Below, in pieces: positions 31,824 through 41,401 of a DNA stretch of 64,000 bases. This DNA is from Pseudomonadota bacterium (GTDB taxonomy: Bacteria > Pseudomonadota > Gammaproteobacteria > Ga0077536): NCBI GenBank assembly GCA_016719885.1, contig JADJYF010000008.1:162200-226199 (forward strand), in the 5' to 3' direction. The translations under genes were made by a program, and so were the position numbers. The notes under the pieces were generated by a model, which was not told the DNA's origin, searched no databases, and worked only from the letters and a program-made list of their open reading frames with translations. Each line of letters begins with the position of its first letter. Within the stretch, counting starts at the first letter, position 1.

Positions 31824-34442
31824 TCATAGCGACAGGATGCCCATCGCCTTCAACACCAGGAACAGGCTGGCGCCGATCAGGAGGTTCTTGAAACCGACAT
31901 AGCACAGCATGTCCATGATGCTCGCCACGCGGTAATGGCGCTGCCACCACGGTCCGTCCTTCACGTAACGCTTGCCACCGAGACGCACCATCACTTCGAA
32001 CACGCTCCAGGTGAACCACCAGGCCATCACCACCACCGCCTCGATACGACCGGCGGCCGCCAGCACCCATACCAGGGTCGCGCCCACCGCCAGCGCGAAG
32101 CCGGCTGCCTGCAGCGTGCGCTGCGCCTGGAAGCCCGTGCGGCTCCACGGCCACAGGTGATCGATGAGTTCATTCCACAGCCATTGCATCACACCCGCCG
32201 GCACCGCGTAAGGCGGCGTGACCGGATCGGTGGGCAGACGCGGATCGACCGTGCTGCGCGGCGCGTGGCCGCGCGCGACCGGCGCCTCGTAGGGTACGGA
32301 CTTGATCGGTATGTAATAGCCGTCGGCGCCTATCGGCGTGAGTTCCAGGCCGGCCTTGGTGCGGCGCTTACGCTCGTGCACCAAGGGCGGACAGGTGCCC
32401 GCGTCGGTATAGAGAATCATGCAGTCCAGGCAATGCAGGCATTCGCGATGATCGATGCGCCCGTCGCTGTCGATGGCCAGCGAGCCGCAGCCCTTGGCGC
32501 AGGCATGGCAGCTCGCGCATTCCTGCTTGCGCTTCAAGCCGTACCAGCGAAACGTCGACGGCATGGCGAGCGCCGCGCCCAGCGGGCACAGGTATTTGCA
32601 GAACGGCCGCTCGATGAATATCGACAGGCCGAGCAGCACCGCCACGAACAGGGTGTAGGGCCAGCTGCGGTTGAACATGCCGACCAGGAAAGTGGTCTTG
32701 AACGGCTCGATCTCGGCCAGAGTCTCGGCCAGCGACATGGAGAACATCGACACCGTCAGCAGCGCGAAGAATATCCCGTACTTCACCCATTTCAGACGAT
32801 TGTGCCAGCGCATCGGCAAATGGCCCTGCCAGCGCCCGAGGCCGAGCTTGCCACTGACTTTATAGATGAGTTCCGACATCGAGCCGAACGGGCACAGCCA
32901 GCCGCAGAACAAGCCGCGGCCCCAGATGAACACCGTGACGATGATGAAGATCCAGAAAATGAAAATGAACGGGTCGCTTAAGAACAGCTCCCAGGTCCAC
33001 TTGAACAGCAGCGAGTGAAACCAGGTCAGCACCTGGGTGATGGACGGCTGCGCGAGCAGGCCGAAGCCGACCGCGCCTATGCTGATGAGCCAGGCCGCGT
33101 ACTTGAAGCCGTTGACCGGCCACTTGTTGTGGTGGGTGGAACGGCGCGTGAGCTTGTCGCGCAACGCATACACCACCGCCACCATCACCAGCAGCGCCGT
33201 GAAGGCGACGATTTCGACGATGCGCGATTTCCAGATCTTGAGCCAGGTCGGATCGGGCAGCAGGATGCGCGGCCGGCCGTCTTGCAGGGTCGCGGCGGGC
33301 AACCAGTACTCGGCGGTGAAATTGGCGAAGCTGCGCGCGCCGCTTTCGCGATCGACGCGATTGCCGAGAAACACCAGCTGCCAGGGATAGGCGGGCGAGA
33401 AAGCCTTGGAGCGCACGATGAACACCGCCGACTCGTCGAAGCGCGGTGCACCGGCGGCGGCTACGCCGTAGAGATTGAGATAATCGGTATCGCGAAACGT
33501 GAAGGCATCGCTGCCCTGGCGCACCTGCACGCGATCATAGATGCCGCCACGCACGAAGCCCGAACCCTTGAACGATTCCTGGCCGGCGGTGCGGATCACG
33601 AACAGCGCGGTCTCGTCGTCCTTGAGCCGCGCCATGAGCGCCTTGTAACCCGCCTCGCCGAGAACCGCGCGGCCGATGTCCGGCTGGTTGAGACAGCCGA
33701 ACCACAACTCGATGAAGGGCGTCGGGCCCGCCGGCAGGCCGACCGCTTCGGGCGCCACCACCAACTGCCGCACGCTGCCCTCGGCGACCAGGCTTGCCCA
33801 ATCGAGATTGCGCGCGCGGTCGATGTACCGCGGCGGCTCGCGCACGGTCGGCGCGAGAATGCCGACCTGGCGCGCCACCGCCTGCGCCGAGGCCATCATC
33901 ACCTGGTTCTCGGCGATGACGGTGACGGTGGCGCCGGAGATCGCGTCGAGGCCGACATGGCCGTTGTCATCGCTGACGCCACCGACCTGGATGTCGTCGC
34001 CGACGTGCTTGCCGAGATACTGATCGAGGAACTTGGTGAGCGCACCCTCCGGAATGCCGAGCAGGAGGATGGGCTCGGAATGCTTCAAGACCTTGGTGCC
34101 GACGAAGCGGCCGCCCTTGTCCAGGCCAATCAGAGTGACCACCGGCTTGCCCGAATAGGCCGGCGTATCGGTGACGTCGGTCGACAGCACGACGTAGCCC
34201 AGCAGCGCCGGCTTGCCGTCCTGTTCGCCATAGGCTTCGACGTAGGGCGGGTTGCCCTTGCGCTCGGAAAAACTCATGGCGCCGGGAAATACCTCGGCGC
34301 AGGGCGCGTAATCGCAGAGCTTGGGCGAGCTGTGCAGTTCTTCCGGCAGCTTGGCGTCGTAGGCGTTGGCGAGCGCCAGCGGCGACGCGCACACCAGGAG
34401 CAGCGCCAGCCAGCAGCGAACCAGGGTGAAAGAAGGCGTCAT
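31824..34442 (-). CDS. nosR: NosR membrane flavo-FeS protein, with an unusually long C-terminal membrane extension
   Basis: Signal/FMN-bind region; CPFG-type motifs GWLCPFGSMSE and CKYLCPLGAAL; ferredoxin clusters CASCHACAKGC and CLHCLDC; GGAGG SD before ATG 34442; ~190 aa follow the last Cys cluster. Confidence 0.88.
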   Translation of the reverse strand: MTPSFTLVRCWLALLLVCASPLALANAYDAKLPEELHSSPKLCDYAPCAEVFPGAMSFSERKGNPPYVEAYGEQDGKPALLGYVVLSTDVTDTPAYSGKPVVTLIGLDKGGRFVGTKVLKHSEPILLLGIPEGALTKFLDQYLGKHVGDDIQVGGVSDDNGHVGLDAISGATVTVIAENQVMMASAQAVARQVGILAPTVREPPRYIDRARNLDWASLVAEGSVRQLVVAPEAVGLPAGPTPFIELWFGCLNQPDIGRAVLGEAGYKALMARLKDDETALFVIRTAGQESFKGSGFVRGGIYDRVQVRQGSDAFTFRDTDYLNLYGVAAAGAPRFDESAVFIVRSKAFSPAYPWQLVFLGNRVDRESGARSFANFTAEYWLPAATLQDGRPRILLPDPTWLKIWKSRIVEIVAFTALLVMVAVVYALRDKLTRRSTHHNKWPVNGFKYAAWLISIGAVGFGLLAQPSITQVLTWFHSLLFKWTWELFLSDPFIFIFWIFIIVTVFIWGRGLFCGWLCPFGSMSELIYKVSGKLGLGRWQGHLPMRWHNRLKWVKYGIFFALLTVSMFSMSLAETLAEIEPFKTTFLVGMFNRSWPYTLFVAVLLGLSIFIERPFCKYLCPLGAALAMPSTFRWYGLKRKQECASCHACAKGCGSLAIDSDGRIDHRECLHCLDCMILYTDAGTCPPLVHERKRRTKAGLELTPIGADGYYIPIKSVPYEAPVARGHAPRSTVDPRLPTDPVTPPYAVPAGVMQWLWNELIDHLWPWSRTGFQAQRTLQAAGFALAVGATLVWVLAAAGRIEAVVVMAWWFTWSVFEVMVRLGGKRYVKDGPWWQRHYRVASIMDMLCYVGFKNLLIGASLFLVLKAMGILSL

Positions 34443-34566
34443 GGCCTTACCTCCAGACATCTTCATGGAGCAGGCGTGTTGCGGCCCGGGCGGTGAGTCA
34501 ATTCCGATCCCGAACACCGACGCCACGCGATCCCCGTGTCATCCTGTGCGGGTTGGGTGAAGTATA

Positions 34567-34595
34567 GAGCTGGTCTCACAATGTGAGACCAGCTC
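34567..34595 (-). terminator. 13-bp-stem hairpin between nosZ and nosR (GAGCTGGTCTCAC-AAT-GTGAGACCAGCTC)
   Basis: Perfect inverted repeat read directly; no clear U-tract. Confidence 0.5.
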
Positions 34596-34603
34596 CATGC
34601 AGC

Positions 34604-34632
34604 CTGGCCCCGTCGCCAAGCGACGGGGCCAG
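34604..34632 (-). terminator. 12-bp-stem GC-rich hairpin 9 nt downstream of the nosZ stop (CTGGCCCCGTCG-CCAAG-CGACGGGGCCAG)
   Basis: Perfect inverted repeat read directly; no clear U-tract. Confidence 0.5.
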
Positions 34633-34640
34633 GGCGTTGG

Positions 34641-36608
34641 TCAGGCCTCGACCAGCATGCGGCCGCGCATTTCCAGGTGCAACGCATGGCAGAAATGCGT
34701 GCAGTAGTACCAGTACACACCGGCTTTCTCGACGGTGAAGGTGACCGACGCGGTCTCCTGGGGATTCACCACGAAATTGATGTTGTGTTTCGGCAATGCG
34801 AAGCCATGGGACAGATCCTCGACCTTGTCGAGGTTGGTAAGGATGACGGTCACCTCGTCGCCCACTTTCACCTTGAACTCGCGAGGCGTGAAGGTCGGCG
34901 CCTGGGAGGCAATGCGCACCGTCACCTTCTTGCCGTCGCGCGTCACGCCGGTGTCCTTCGCGTCCTTCACCGCCAGCGGGAAGTCGTCGATGTTGTAGAC
35001 CTGCTTGGGCTGCAGCAGCTCGCGCTTGAAGATGATGAAGTCATGGGGTTCCGGACGCACCGGGTGATCCGACACCAGCACCATCTTGTCGCCGGAGATA
35101 TCGATCAACTGCTCGTTCTCGGGATGCATGGGGCCGACCGGCAGGTAACGGTCCTTGGAGAACTTGCAGCCCACCGCCAGCCACTTGCCGTCGGCGGCCA
35201 TGGTCTCGGACTGCGAGGCGTTGATGTGGCCCGGCTGGTACTGCACGTCGACGCGGTCAATCACGTATTGCGACTTGTTGTCGCCGCCATGGAACTTGAT
35301 CGCCGCATCGACATTCCATTTCACCACCTGGCTGTCGAGGAACAGGGTGGTATAGGCGTTGCCGCGCCCGTCGAAAGCGGTGTGCAAGGGCCCGAGACCC
35401 AGTTCCACTTCGGCGACGATGGACTTGTCGAGGCTGTCGAGCTTGCCGTCGAACCAGTCCAGCACCTTGGCCAGTTCGATCACCGTGGCGGTGGGCGAGA
35501 GCTTGCCGGCGCAGATGAAGTACTTGCCGTCCGGCGAGGCATTCACGCCGTGGGGATTCTTCGGCACCGACACGCGGCCGACCAGCGCGGTCTTGGGATC
35601 GGCATTGGCTGCCAGCGTGCCGTCCACCACCGGTACCTTGGAGTCGCCGATGGTGGTGAACTTGCCGTCCTTGACCGCCTGCTCGATGCGCGCGACATGG
35701 AAGAACAGGCAGCCGTCACGCTCGGCGGACATCATGTCCTCGTAGTGCGCGCCGCCTTCGGTGTTGTACTGGTTGGTGGCGGCCAGCTTGCCGTCGTAGG
35801 AACTCGCGGTGAGATCGCAGTTGCCGTCGATCAGCACCTGCCAGCGCACGTCCATGGTTTCGGCGTCTACGCAGGTGAACAGCGAACGGTACTTGTCGGT
35901 GGCCTCGAGGTCCTGGCCGTCATTGGCCTGGGGAATGGCGAACTCGGCGCCGCAGAACACGCGCGTGGTGTAGTTGATGGCCGGGTCCACCGGGTCGCGC
36001 TTGTCGGGAAAGATGCCGTGAAAACCCTGGATATTGGGCAGCTCGGTGATCTTGTCACAGATGAAGTAGTCGAGCCGGATGCGCGCGATACGGCTGTTGA
36101 TCTTGTCGTTGATCCAGGCGTAGCGGCCGTCGTAATTGCCGTCCTTGTAGGACGCATGCACGTGGTGGGTGTCGCCGACCGTGTAACGCAGGTGACCATC
36201 GGGCTTGGTGCCCATGATCTTCTTCGACTCGTTGGTGATGCCCCAGCCGATGAGAGCGTCGGGCGTGAAGCACGGCACGCGCAGGATCTCGCGGCCGGAC
36301 GGCAGCCCCAGCACGCGCAGGTCGCCGGTGTGGCCACCGCTCCACAGGCCGTAATAGGTGTCGAGTTCGCCGGGCTTGAGATGGGTGGCGGCGGCCGGGT
36401 CAGCGGTCGGCGCGGCCGCCGCGGCGGGTGCCGGTGCGGCTGCGCTGGCGGCGGGCGCCGCGGCGGGGGCGGCGGCCTCCTGCTTGGAACAGGCGGCCAT
36501 GCCCAAGGCCATACCGGTGCCGGCCACACCGGCGGCGGCGGCGGTATTCAGGAAGCGACGACGATTGACGTCCAATTGGTCGCCCGGTTCATGCCCCTTG
36601 TTCTTCAT
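34641..36608 (-). CDS. nosZ: Nitrous-oxide reductase (clade-I, Tat-dependent)
   Basis: Tat motif NRRRFL; PGELDTYYGLWSGGH; CuZ His ligands GDTHHVH; CuA motif CTHFCHALHLEM; AGGAG SD before ATG 36608. Confidence 0.95.
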   Translation of the reverse strand: MKNKGHEPGDQLDVNRRRFLNTAAAAGVAGTGMALGMAACSKQEAAAPAAAPAASAAAPAPAAAAAPTADPAAATHLKPGELDTYYGLWSGGHTGDLRVLGLPSGREILRVPCFTPDALIGWGITNESKKIMGTKPDGHLRYTVGDTHHVHASYKDGNYDGRYAWINDKINSRIARIRLDYFICDKITELPNIQGFHGIFPDKRDPVDPAINYTTRVFCGAEFAIPQANDGQDLEATDKYRSLFTCVDAETMDVRWQVLIDGNCDLTASSYDGKLAATNQYNTEGGAHYEDMMSAERDGCLFFHVARIEQAVKDGKFTTIGDSKVPVVDGTLAANADPKTALVGRVSVPKNPHGVNASPDGKYFICAGKLSPTATVIELAKVLDWFDGKLDSLDKSIVAEVELGLGPLHTAFDGRGNAYTTLFLDSQVVKWNVDAAIKFHGGDNKSQYVIDRVDVQYQPGHINASQSETMAADGKWLAVGCKFSKDRYLPVGPMHPENEQLIDISGDKMVLVSDHPVRPEPHDFIIFKRELLQPKQVYNIDDFPLAVKDAKDTGVTRDGKKVTVRIASQAPTFTPREFKVKVGDEVTVILTNLDKVEDLSHGFALPKHNINFVVNPQETASVTFTVEKAGVYWYYCTHFCHALHLEMRGRMLVEA

Positions 36609-36765
36609 CTTTTTTACTCCTCTTGCGTCGCGGAGTGCGCCGCGGTCCGAGACGGCGTCGCACAGAATTGGGACGATGCATGCCGGGGTGTCTGTCGCTC
36701 CCCGCGGCTCGTCACTGCGACATTTTGTCGCAGCAGTAATGTCGGCCGCGAGACCTGAAATCGCA

Positions 36766-36779
36766 TTGATCGATATCAA
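36766..36779. promoter_or_regulatory. Perfect FNR/DNR/NnrR-type box TTGAT-CGAT-ATCAA in the nosZ / nosX divergent region
   Basis: Exact palindrome read directly, centred ~164 nt from the nosZ ATG and ~166 nt from the nosX ATG. Confidence 0.7.
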
Positions 36780-36937
36780 AGCCCTATCCACAAAAATTTT
36801 GAGGATTAATTCCAGTTCCTCGAAATTCAAACCACGAAAATCTCATGGGCTGGGTAGCGAATCGGCGCGGGCGTGGGCATGGCGTGGACCGCGCGGGACA
36901 ATGGCGCGGCCGGCAGGGGCCTGTAACGAGATTGAAG

Positions 36938-37948
36938 ATGTCGAGAGCGATGTTGGTGAGACTGGTGTCGCTGGCGTGGCTGGCGCTTGCGATGGCCCAG
37001 GCGGCGACGGCCGATGCGCTGCGTCTGCGCGGCGAGACCATGGGCACCACCTGGCAGGTGAGCGTGGTCACGGCGACGCCGGCGGCGAGCGATCTCAGGC
37101 GGCGTATCGACGCACTGCTCGAACGCATCAACGGGCAGATGTCGACCTACCGGCCGCAGTCCGAGCTGTCGCTTTTGAATGCCAACCCGAGTCGCGACTG
37201 GCTGCCGGTGTCGGGCGAGCTCTTTACCGTGTTGCAGGCGGCGCGACAGGTCAGCATCGCCACCGATGGCGCCTTCGACATCACGGTCGGGCCGTTGGTG
37301 AACCTGTGGGGTTTCGGTGCGCAGGCTCGCGTTGATGCGCCGCCCTCAACGGGCGCCTTGCGCGACACCCAAGCCCGCGTCGGCTACCGGCAGCTTGAAC
37401 TGGCGGACGCGCCGCCGCGGCTACGCAAGGCGCGCGGCGACGTCTATCTCGACCTGTCGGCCATCGCCAAGGGTTACGCGGTCGACCAGGTCGCTGAACT
37501 GCTCGAGCGCGCCGGCATCACGGACTACCTGGTCGACATCGGTGGTGAGGTGCGCGCCCGCGGTCATAACGCCGAGGGCCGGCCGTGGCAGGTGGGCGTG
37601 GCGCTACCGCGCGCCGATGTCGACCGTATCGAGCGAGTGCTGCCCCTTACCGATACCGCGCTCGCCACCTCGGGCGATTACCGCAACTTTTTCGAATACC
37701 AGGGCCGTCGCTACTCCCACGAAATCGACCCCGCGAGCGGCCAGCCGGTCAGCAACGACGTGGCCTCGGTGAGCGTGCTGCACGCCTCGTGCATGCTGGC
37801 CGATGCCTATGCGACGGCTTTCATGGTGCTGGGCGCCGAGCGCGCGCTCGCCGTCGCCGCCCGGCACAAGCTCGAAGTGCTGTTCCTGCTGCGCGATGGC
37901 GAGGGATTTCGCGCCCGCGCCAGCGCCGGTTTTCCGGCGCGACGCTGA
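36938..37948 (+). CDS. nosX: ApbE-family FAD:protein FMN transferase (NosX)
   Basis: Signal peptide MSRAMLVRLVSLAWLALAMAQA; ApbE motifs AKGYAVDQV, TSGDY, HEIDPASG; adjacent to the nos cluster. Confidence 0.85.
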   Translation: MSRAMLVRLVSLAWLALAMAQAATADALRLRGETMGTTWQVSVVTATPAASDLRRRIDALLERINGQMSTYRPQSELSLLNANPSRDWLPVSGELFTVLQAARQVSIATDGAFDITVGPLVNLWGFGAQARVDAPPSTGALRDTQARVGYRQLELADAPPRLRKARGDVYLDLSAIAKGYAVDQVAELLERAGITDYLVDIGGEVRARGHNAEGRPWQVGVALPRADVDRIERVLPLTDTALATSGDYRNFFEYQGRRYSHEIDPASGQPVSNDVASVSVLHASCMLADAYATAFMVLGAERALAVAARHKLEVLFLLRDGEGFRARASAGFPARR

Positions 37949-37992
37949 ACTTGGCGCAGGCCCGCACGGCAAGGTCGGGCCTGCGGCAGGTG

Positions 37993-38652
37993 TTAGCCCT
38001 CGGTGCGCCGCCTGCGCGCGTACACCAGACCCAGCAGGGCTGCGCCCGTCAACCCCAGGCTGGTCGGTTCGGGAACCGCCGTACCATTGACTTCGAACGT
38101 CACTTCGGAAATGCCCAGGCAATTGCATGAGTCGAGGTTGGAGAACGAATTGATATGGAAGCGGACATAACGCGCGTTCGTATCGTTCAGATCCAATACG
38201 GAGACGGGAACGTCCGCATTGGGGTCATCGATAGTCGCCATGGCGAAGGAACCTACCAGCGTATCGACGCTGAAATCCGCGACCATGGACGTAAAGACGT
38301 CCATCGAAGTGATACCACGGTAGCTGCCATTGAACAGGCCGATGGCATTGACCAGGTAGGAGCCACCGAGATCGAAATCGATGTCGCCGGGTGCGCTTAA
38401 ACCGAAGTACTGCCCACCGCAGTTATTGCAGCCCGCGCTCGGGTTGCCCGCGACATAGGCGGAGAAGTCGGTGACCCCGGATACAAACGGTGTCACGTTC
38501 GACTGGTTCATCATGTTGTCCTGCGGGAACCCGCCGAAGGGATCCGCACCGAAGGAATTGTTGACGATGGCAGTGGGGCTCAGGATCACGCCAGCGCTGG
38601 CGACGCCGGAAAAAGCTACCGCGAACAACGCGCTCAAGAATCGACTTTTCAT
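37993..38652 (-). CDS. Secreted PEP-CTERM-anchored protein (discoidin/F5-8-C-like body)
   Basis: Signal peptide; C-terminal VPEPTSLGLTGAALLGLVYARRRR sorting signal. Confidence 0.8.
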   Translation of the reverse strand: MKSRFLSALFAVAFSGVASAGVILSPTAIVNNSFGADPFGGFPQDNMMNQSNVTPFVSGVTDFSAYVAGNPSAGCNNCGGQYFGLSAPGDIDFDLGGSYLVNAIGLFNGSYRGITSMDVFTSMVADFSVDTLVGSFAMATIDDPNADVPVSVLDLNDTNARYVRFHINSFSNLDSCNCLGISEVTFEVNGTAVPEPTSLGLTGAALLGLVYARRRRTEG

Positions 38653-38953
38653 CTGCTGGGCTCCTTGCACTCAGGTTGGATGGTTGCATGTCTCGCAGCA
38701 GGATGCTCTGCGAGCGATGCAACGACCGAGCAAGGAACATGCCCGAAAAAATCTGCCACGCGAATTCAGGCGCTTACCGAGCGTCGGGACGTACCAGCCG
38801 TCACCGTGCTCGCCGCCGTGTAAATTTCTCAAGACAATTACACCACCCCGATGGTGTGGGTTTTCTGAGTTTCTTTACAGACCAGGGGCATCATGGCGAC
38901 CGGTTTGATGGCCTCCCGCCAGCCTCGAAAGGCGGCGACCCGCCTCCAGACCG

Positions 38954-39976
38954 TCAACCGGAAGCCGCGAAGAAGCGATCGAAGTACAGCTGTTCGGACG
39001 GCAAGCCCTTGGCGCTCAGCAGGCGGCTGACCGTTTCGCACATCGGCGGCGCGCCACACAGGTAGGCGTCGAGGTCGCGCGCGTTGTCGACCGCGTGCTG
39101 CACGGCGCGCGTGACGGTGCCGCTCGCGCCGCTCCATGCATCGCCGTCCTCGAGACCATCGAGGGTCGGCACGAAATCGAGTTTCACCCCCATCCCTGCG
39201 CGCAGTTCGTCGAGGTAGGGCAGGTCCTGTGGACGCCGCGCACCATAGAAAAGCGAAAAACTGCGCGGATCCTGGCGCTCGGCGGCGTCGCGCAGCATGG
39301 CCATGATCGGCGCGATACCGGAGCCTATCGCGCACAGCAACACCGGGCGCGTGCCGGCGCGCAGATAGCTCGCGCCGAACGGACCGCGCACCGCGATGGC
39401 CTGGCCGGCCTGCATGCGCTCGAGACCGCCGGAGAACGCGCCGCCCTCGATGCGCTTCATGACGAAACTCAGGCGTCGCGCCGACGACGGCGGTGAGGCC
39501 ATCGAGTAGCTGCGCCACACGGTGCCGTCGGCGCCGTCGAGACCGAGTTCGACGAATTGCCCGGCGTAGAATTCGAGCGGCGCCGGCAAGGCGACGTCGA
39601 GCTGCCACAGTTCGGGTGTGAGCTGCGTGACCGCCGCCACTTCGGCGTCGAAACGGCCGGGCGTCAACAACGGTAAGGCCCGCGCATCGGGCAGACGATG
39701 ATCGCGGATCAAGACGTCGCTCAAGGGACGCGCCCGGCACAACAGCGCCCAACCGGCGTCCTGTTCGTTCTCCGGCAGGGCGTAGGCGGTCACCTCGCCG
39801 AGATCGACCTCGCCGTCCTCCACCAGGTATTTGCAGGTCGAACAGCGGCCGTGGCGGCAGCCATAGGAAAGCTCGATACCGTGGCGCAGCGCGCCATCCA
39901 AAATCGTCTCGTGCTCGCCGCAGTTGAAGGTCTGGCCGCCGGGCGCGAGCTCGACGACGTATTCCACATCACTCAT
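38954..39976 (-). CDS. Monooxygenase NADH:ferredoxin-type reductase component ([2Fe-2S] + FAD/NAD domains)
   Basis: Plant-type cluster CRHGRCSTC...C; RSYSMAS FAD motif; GSGIAP NAD motif. Confidence 0.9.
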   Translation of the reverse strand: MSDVEYVVELAPGGQTFNCGEHETILDGALRHGIELSYGCRHGRCSTCKYLVEDGEVDLGEVTAYALPENEQDAGWALLCRARPLSDVLIRDHRLPDARALPLLTPGRFDAEVAAVTQLTPELWQLDVALPAPLEFYAGQFVELGLDGADGTVWRSYSMASPPSSARRLSFVMKRIEGGAFSGGLERMQAGQAIAVRGPFGASYLRAGTRPVLLCAIGSGIAPIMAMLRDAAERQDPRSFSLFYGARRPQDLPYLDELRAGMGVKLDFVPTLDGLEDGDAWSGASGTVTRAVQHAVDNARDLDAYLCGAPPMCETVSRLLSAKGLPSEQLYFDRFFAASG

Positions 39977-40004
39977 GAAAGTTGCAACCGACTGGGGCGG
40001 GCGT

Positions 40005-40319
40005 TCAGGGCTCGCGATGGATCTGCGTGACGTCGCTGGTCAGGATGAAGCGGTCCGGCTCGGTCATCACGCGTCCGACATAGGTGGACATGATGACCAG
40101 CCACTGCGACATGCTGAGCTCGGTGCCGAGCTCCTCGGCGACGGCCTTCAAATCGACCTCGATGCGGCCGGTCGGCGAGGTGATCTTCCAGAACGTGCCG
40201 TGATCGGCCACCTGGAGGGAAGGATCGTCGCGCTCCAGTACGTCGAGCGTGGCCTGCGCCTCGGGCGAGCCCTGCATGAGCACCAGCGACACATCGATGC
40301 GACCGCTGACCGCGTTCAT
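40005..40319 (-). CDS. MmoB/DmpM-family monooxygenase coupling (effector) protein
   Basis: 104 aa; size, position between hydroxylase beta and reductase, and family-like sequence. Confidence 0.75.
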   Translation of the reverse strand: MNAVSGRIDVSLVLMQGSPEAQATLDVLERDDPSLQVADHGTFWKITSPTGRIEVDLKAVAEELGTELSMSQWLVIMSTYVGRVMTEPDRFILTSDVTQIHREP

Positions 40320-41401
40320 GCCTGGCCGTCCAGTCGGCTCGCGAAGCCGAGTTCACGGATGATGGCGGCGCAGGCGGCACGCGCCGCGTCGCGGGAGGCG
40401 GCGAAACTCAGCGCGGGCTGCGGCGCGGCCTCGAACACCGGCGCCAACGCCACGACCGCGGCGTCGGCGCGCGCGCTCCAGTCGTCGAGCCAGCCCTGCA
40501 CCACGCCGCGATTATGCGCGGCATGGGCGCTGCCCTCGGCCGTGATCATGCGCACGAAGGCCTGGCTCGCCGCCAGGTTGCGGCGTCGATCGCGCTCGGC
40601 CGTCATGACGATATGCGGGGCGACGGCGTCGTCGTTGTGCATGGCGCCACGGCGGACGAGATCGCTGACCGCCACCTGTTGCAGCAGCGGGCCGACCACC
40701 AGGTTCAAACCCACCAGCAGCTCCGCCCAGTCAGTGGTGGCCATGATCTCCTCGGCCAGCTTGCGCGCCGGCTGGTAGGCCGGCGCGTTCATCCACTGCT
40801 GTTTACCGAGCGCGTCATCGACCGCCGCGTTGACGTTCTCGAGCTCGACCAGGTACACGACCACGTCCTGCGCGTGGCGCAGGTGATCGAAACTCTGGAA
40901 GCACAACAAATTGCCGAGCGTGTCGGACAAGGCCTCGCGCTGCGCCGGCGCCAGCGAACGGAAAATGGCGTATTCGAAGAACGACCACGCGCGGTAATGA
41001 CCGCACAGCATGTTCTTCACCCAGCCGGCCGACAGCATCGCGAGCGTGCCGTCCAGCGCCGCGTCCTCGGTCATGCGCGCGATGGAGGTTTCCTGCTGTT
41101 CCTGGTGACGCACATAGGTGCGCTGCCATTGCTGGGCCGGATCGCGGAACGCGTACCAGTTGTCGTGCCGGAGCTGCGTCGATGCCTGGTCCCACAGGGT
41201 GCGGCCGTCGGGCCGCAGCACGTACCACTCGGTGTCGTCGAGATTGGCGCCGACCTTGTCGAAGCCCCACGCGTCGGGCTGCTGATGCACCGTCAGCGCT
41301 TCGTACTCGGTCAAGCGCCGCGCGGCGGGCTTGATGAAGGTGAATTCGCGCGCCAGCTTGCCGGCGGCGCTGGCGGTGGTGTTGGCGTTGCTCGTGCTCA
41401 T
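40316..41401 (-). CDS. Soluble di-iron monooxygenase hydroxylase beta (small) subunit
   Basis: 361 aa; ATGA overlap with alpha stop; RRLTEYEALTVHQQP..., FRDP..WQRTYV blocks as in PrmC/ThmB-like subunits. Confidence 0.8.
   Translation of the reverse strand: MSTSNANTTASAAGKLAREFTFIKPAARRLTEYEALTVHQQPDAWGFDKVGANLDDTEWYVLRPDGRTLWDQASTQLRHDNWYAFRDPAQQWQRTYVRHQEQQETSIARMTEDAALDGTLAMLSAGWVKNMLCGHYRAWSFFEYAIFRSLAPAQREALSDTLGNLLCFQSFDHLRHAQDVVVYLVELENVNAAVDDALGKQQWMNAPAYQPARKLAEEIMATTDWAELLVGLNLVVGPLLQQVAVSDLVRRGAMHNDDAVAPHIVMTAERDRRRNLAASQAFVRMITAEGSAHAAHNRGVVQGWLDDWSARADAAVVALAPVFEAAPQPALSFAASRDAARAACAAIIRELGFASRLDGQA

Noticed and set aside
38840-38880. Short hairpin (ACACCA-CCCCGA-TGGTGT) followed by a T-rich run on the + strand, in the gap between the PEP-CTERM gene and the reductase gene.
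   Set aside because: The stem is only 6-7 bp and no + strand gene lies upstream for it to terminate. This is too weak to call a terminator or an sRNA.
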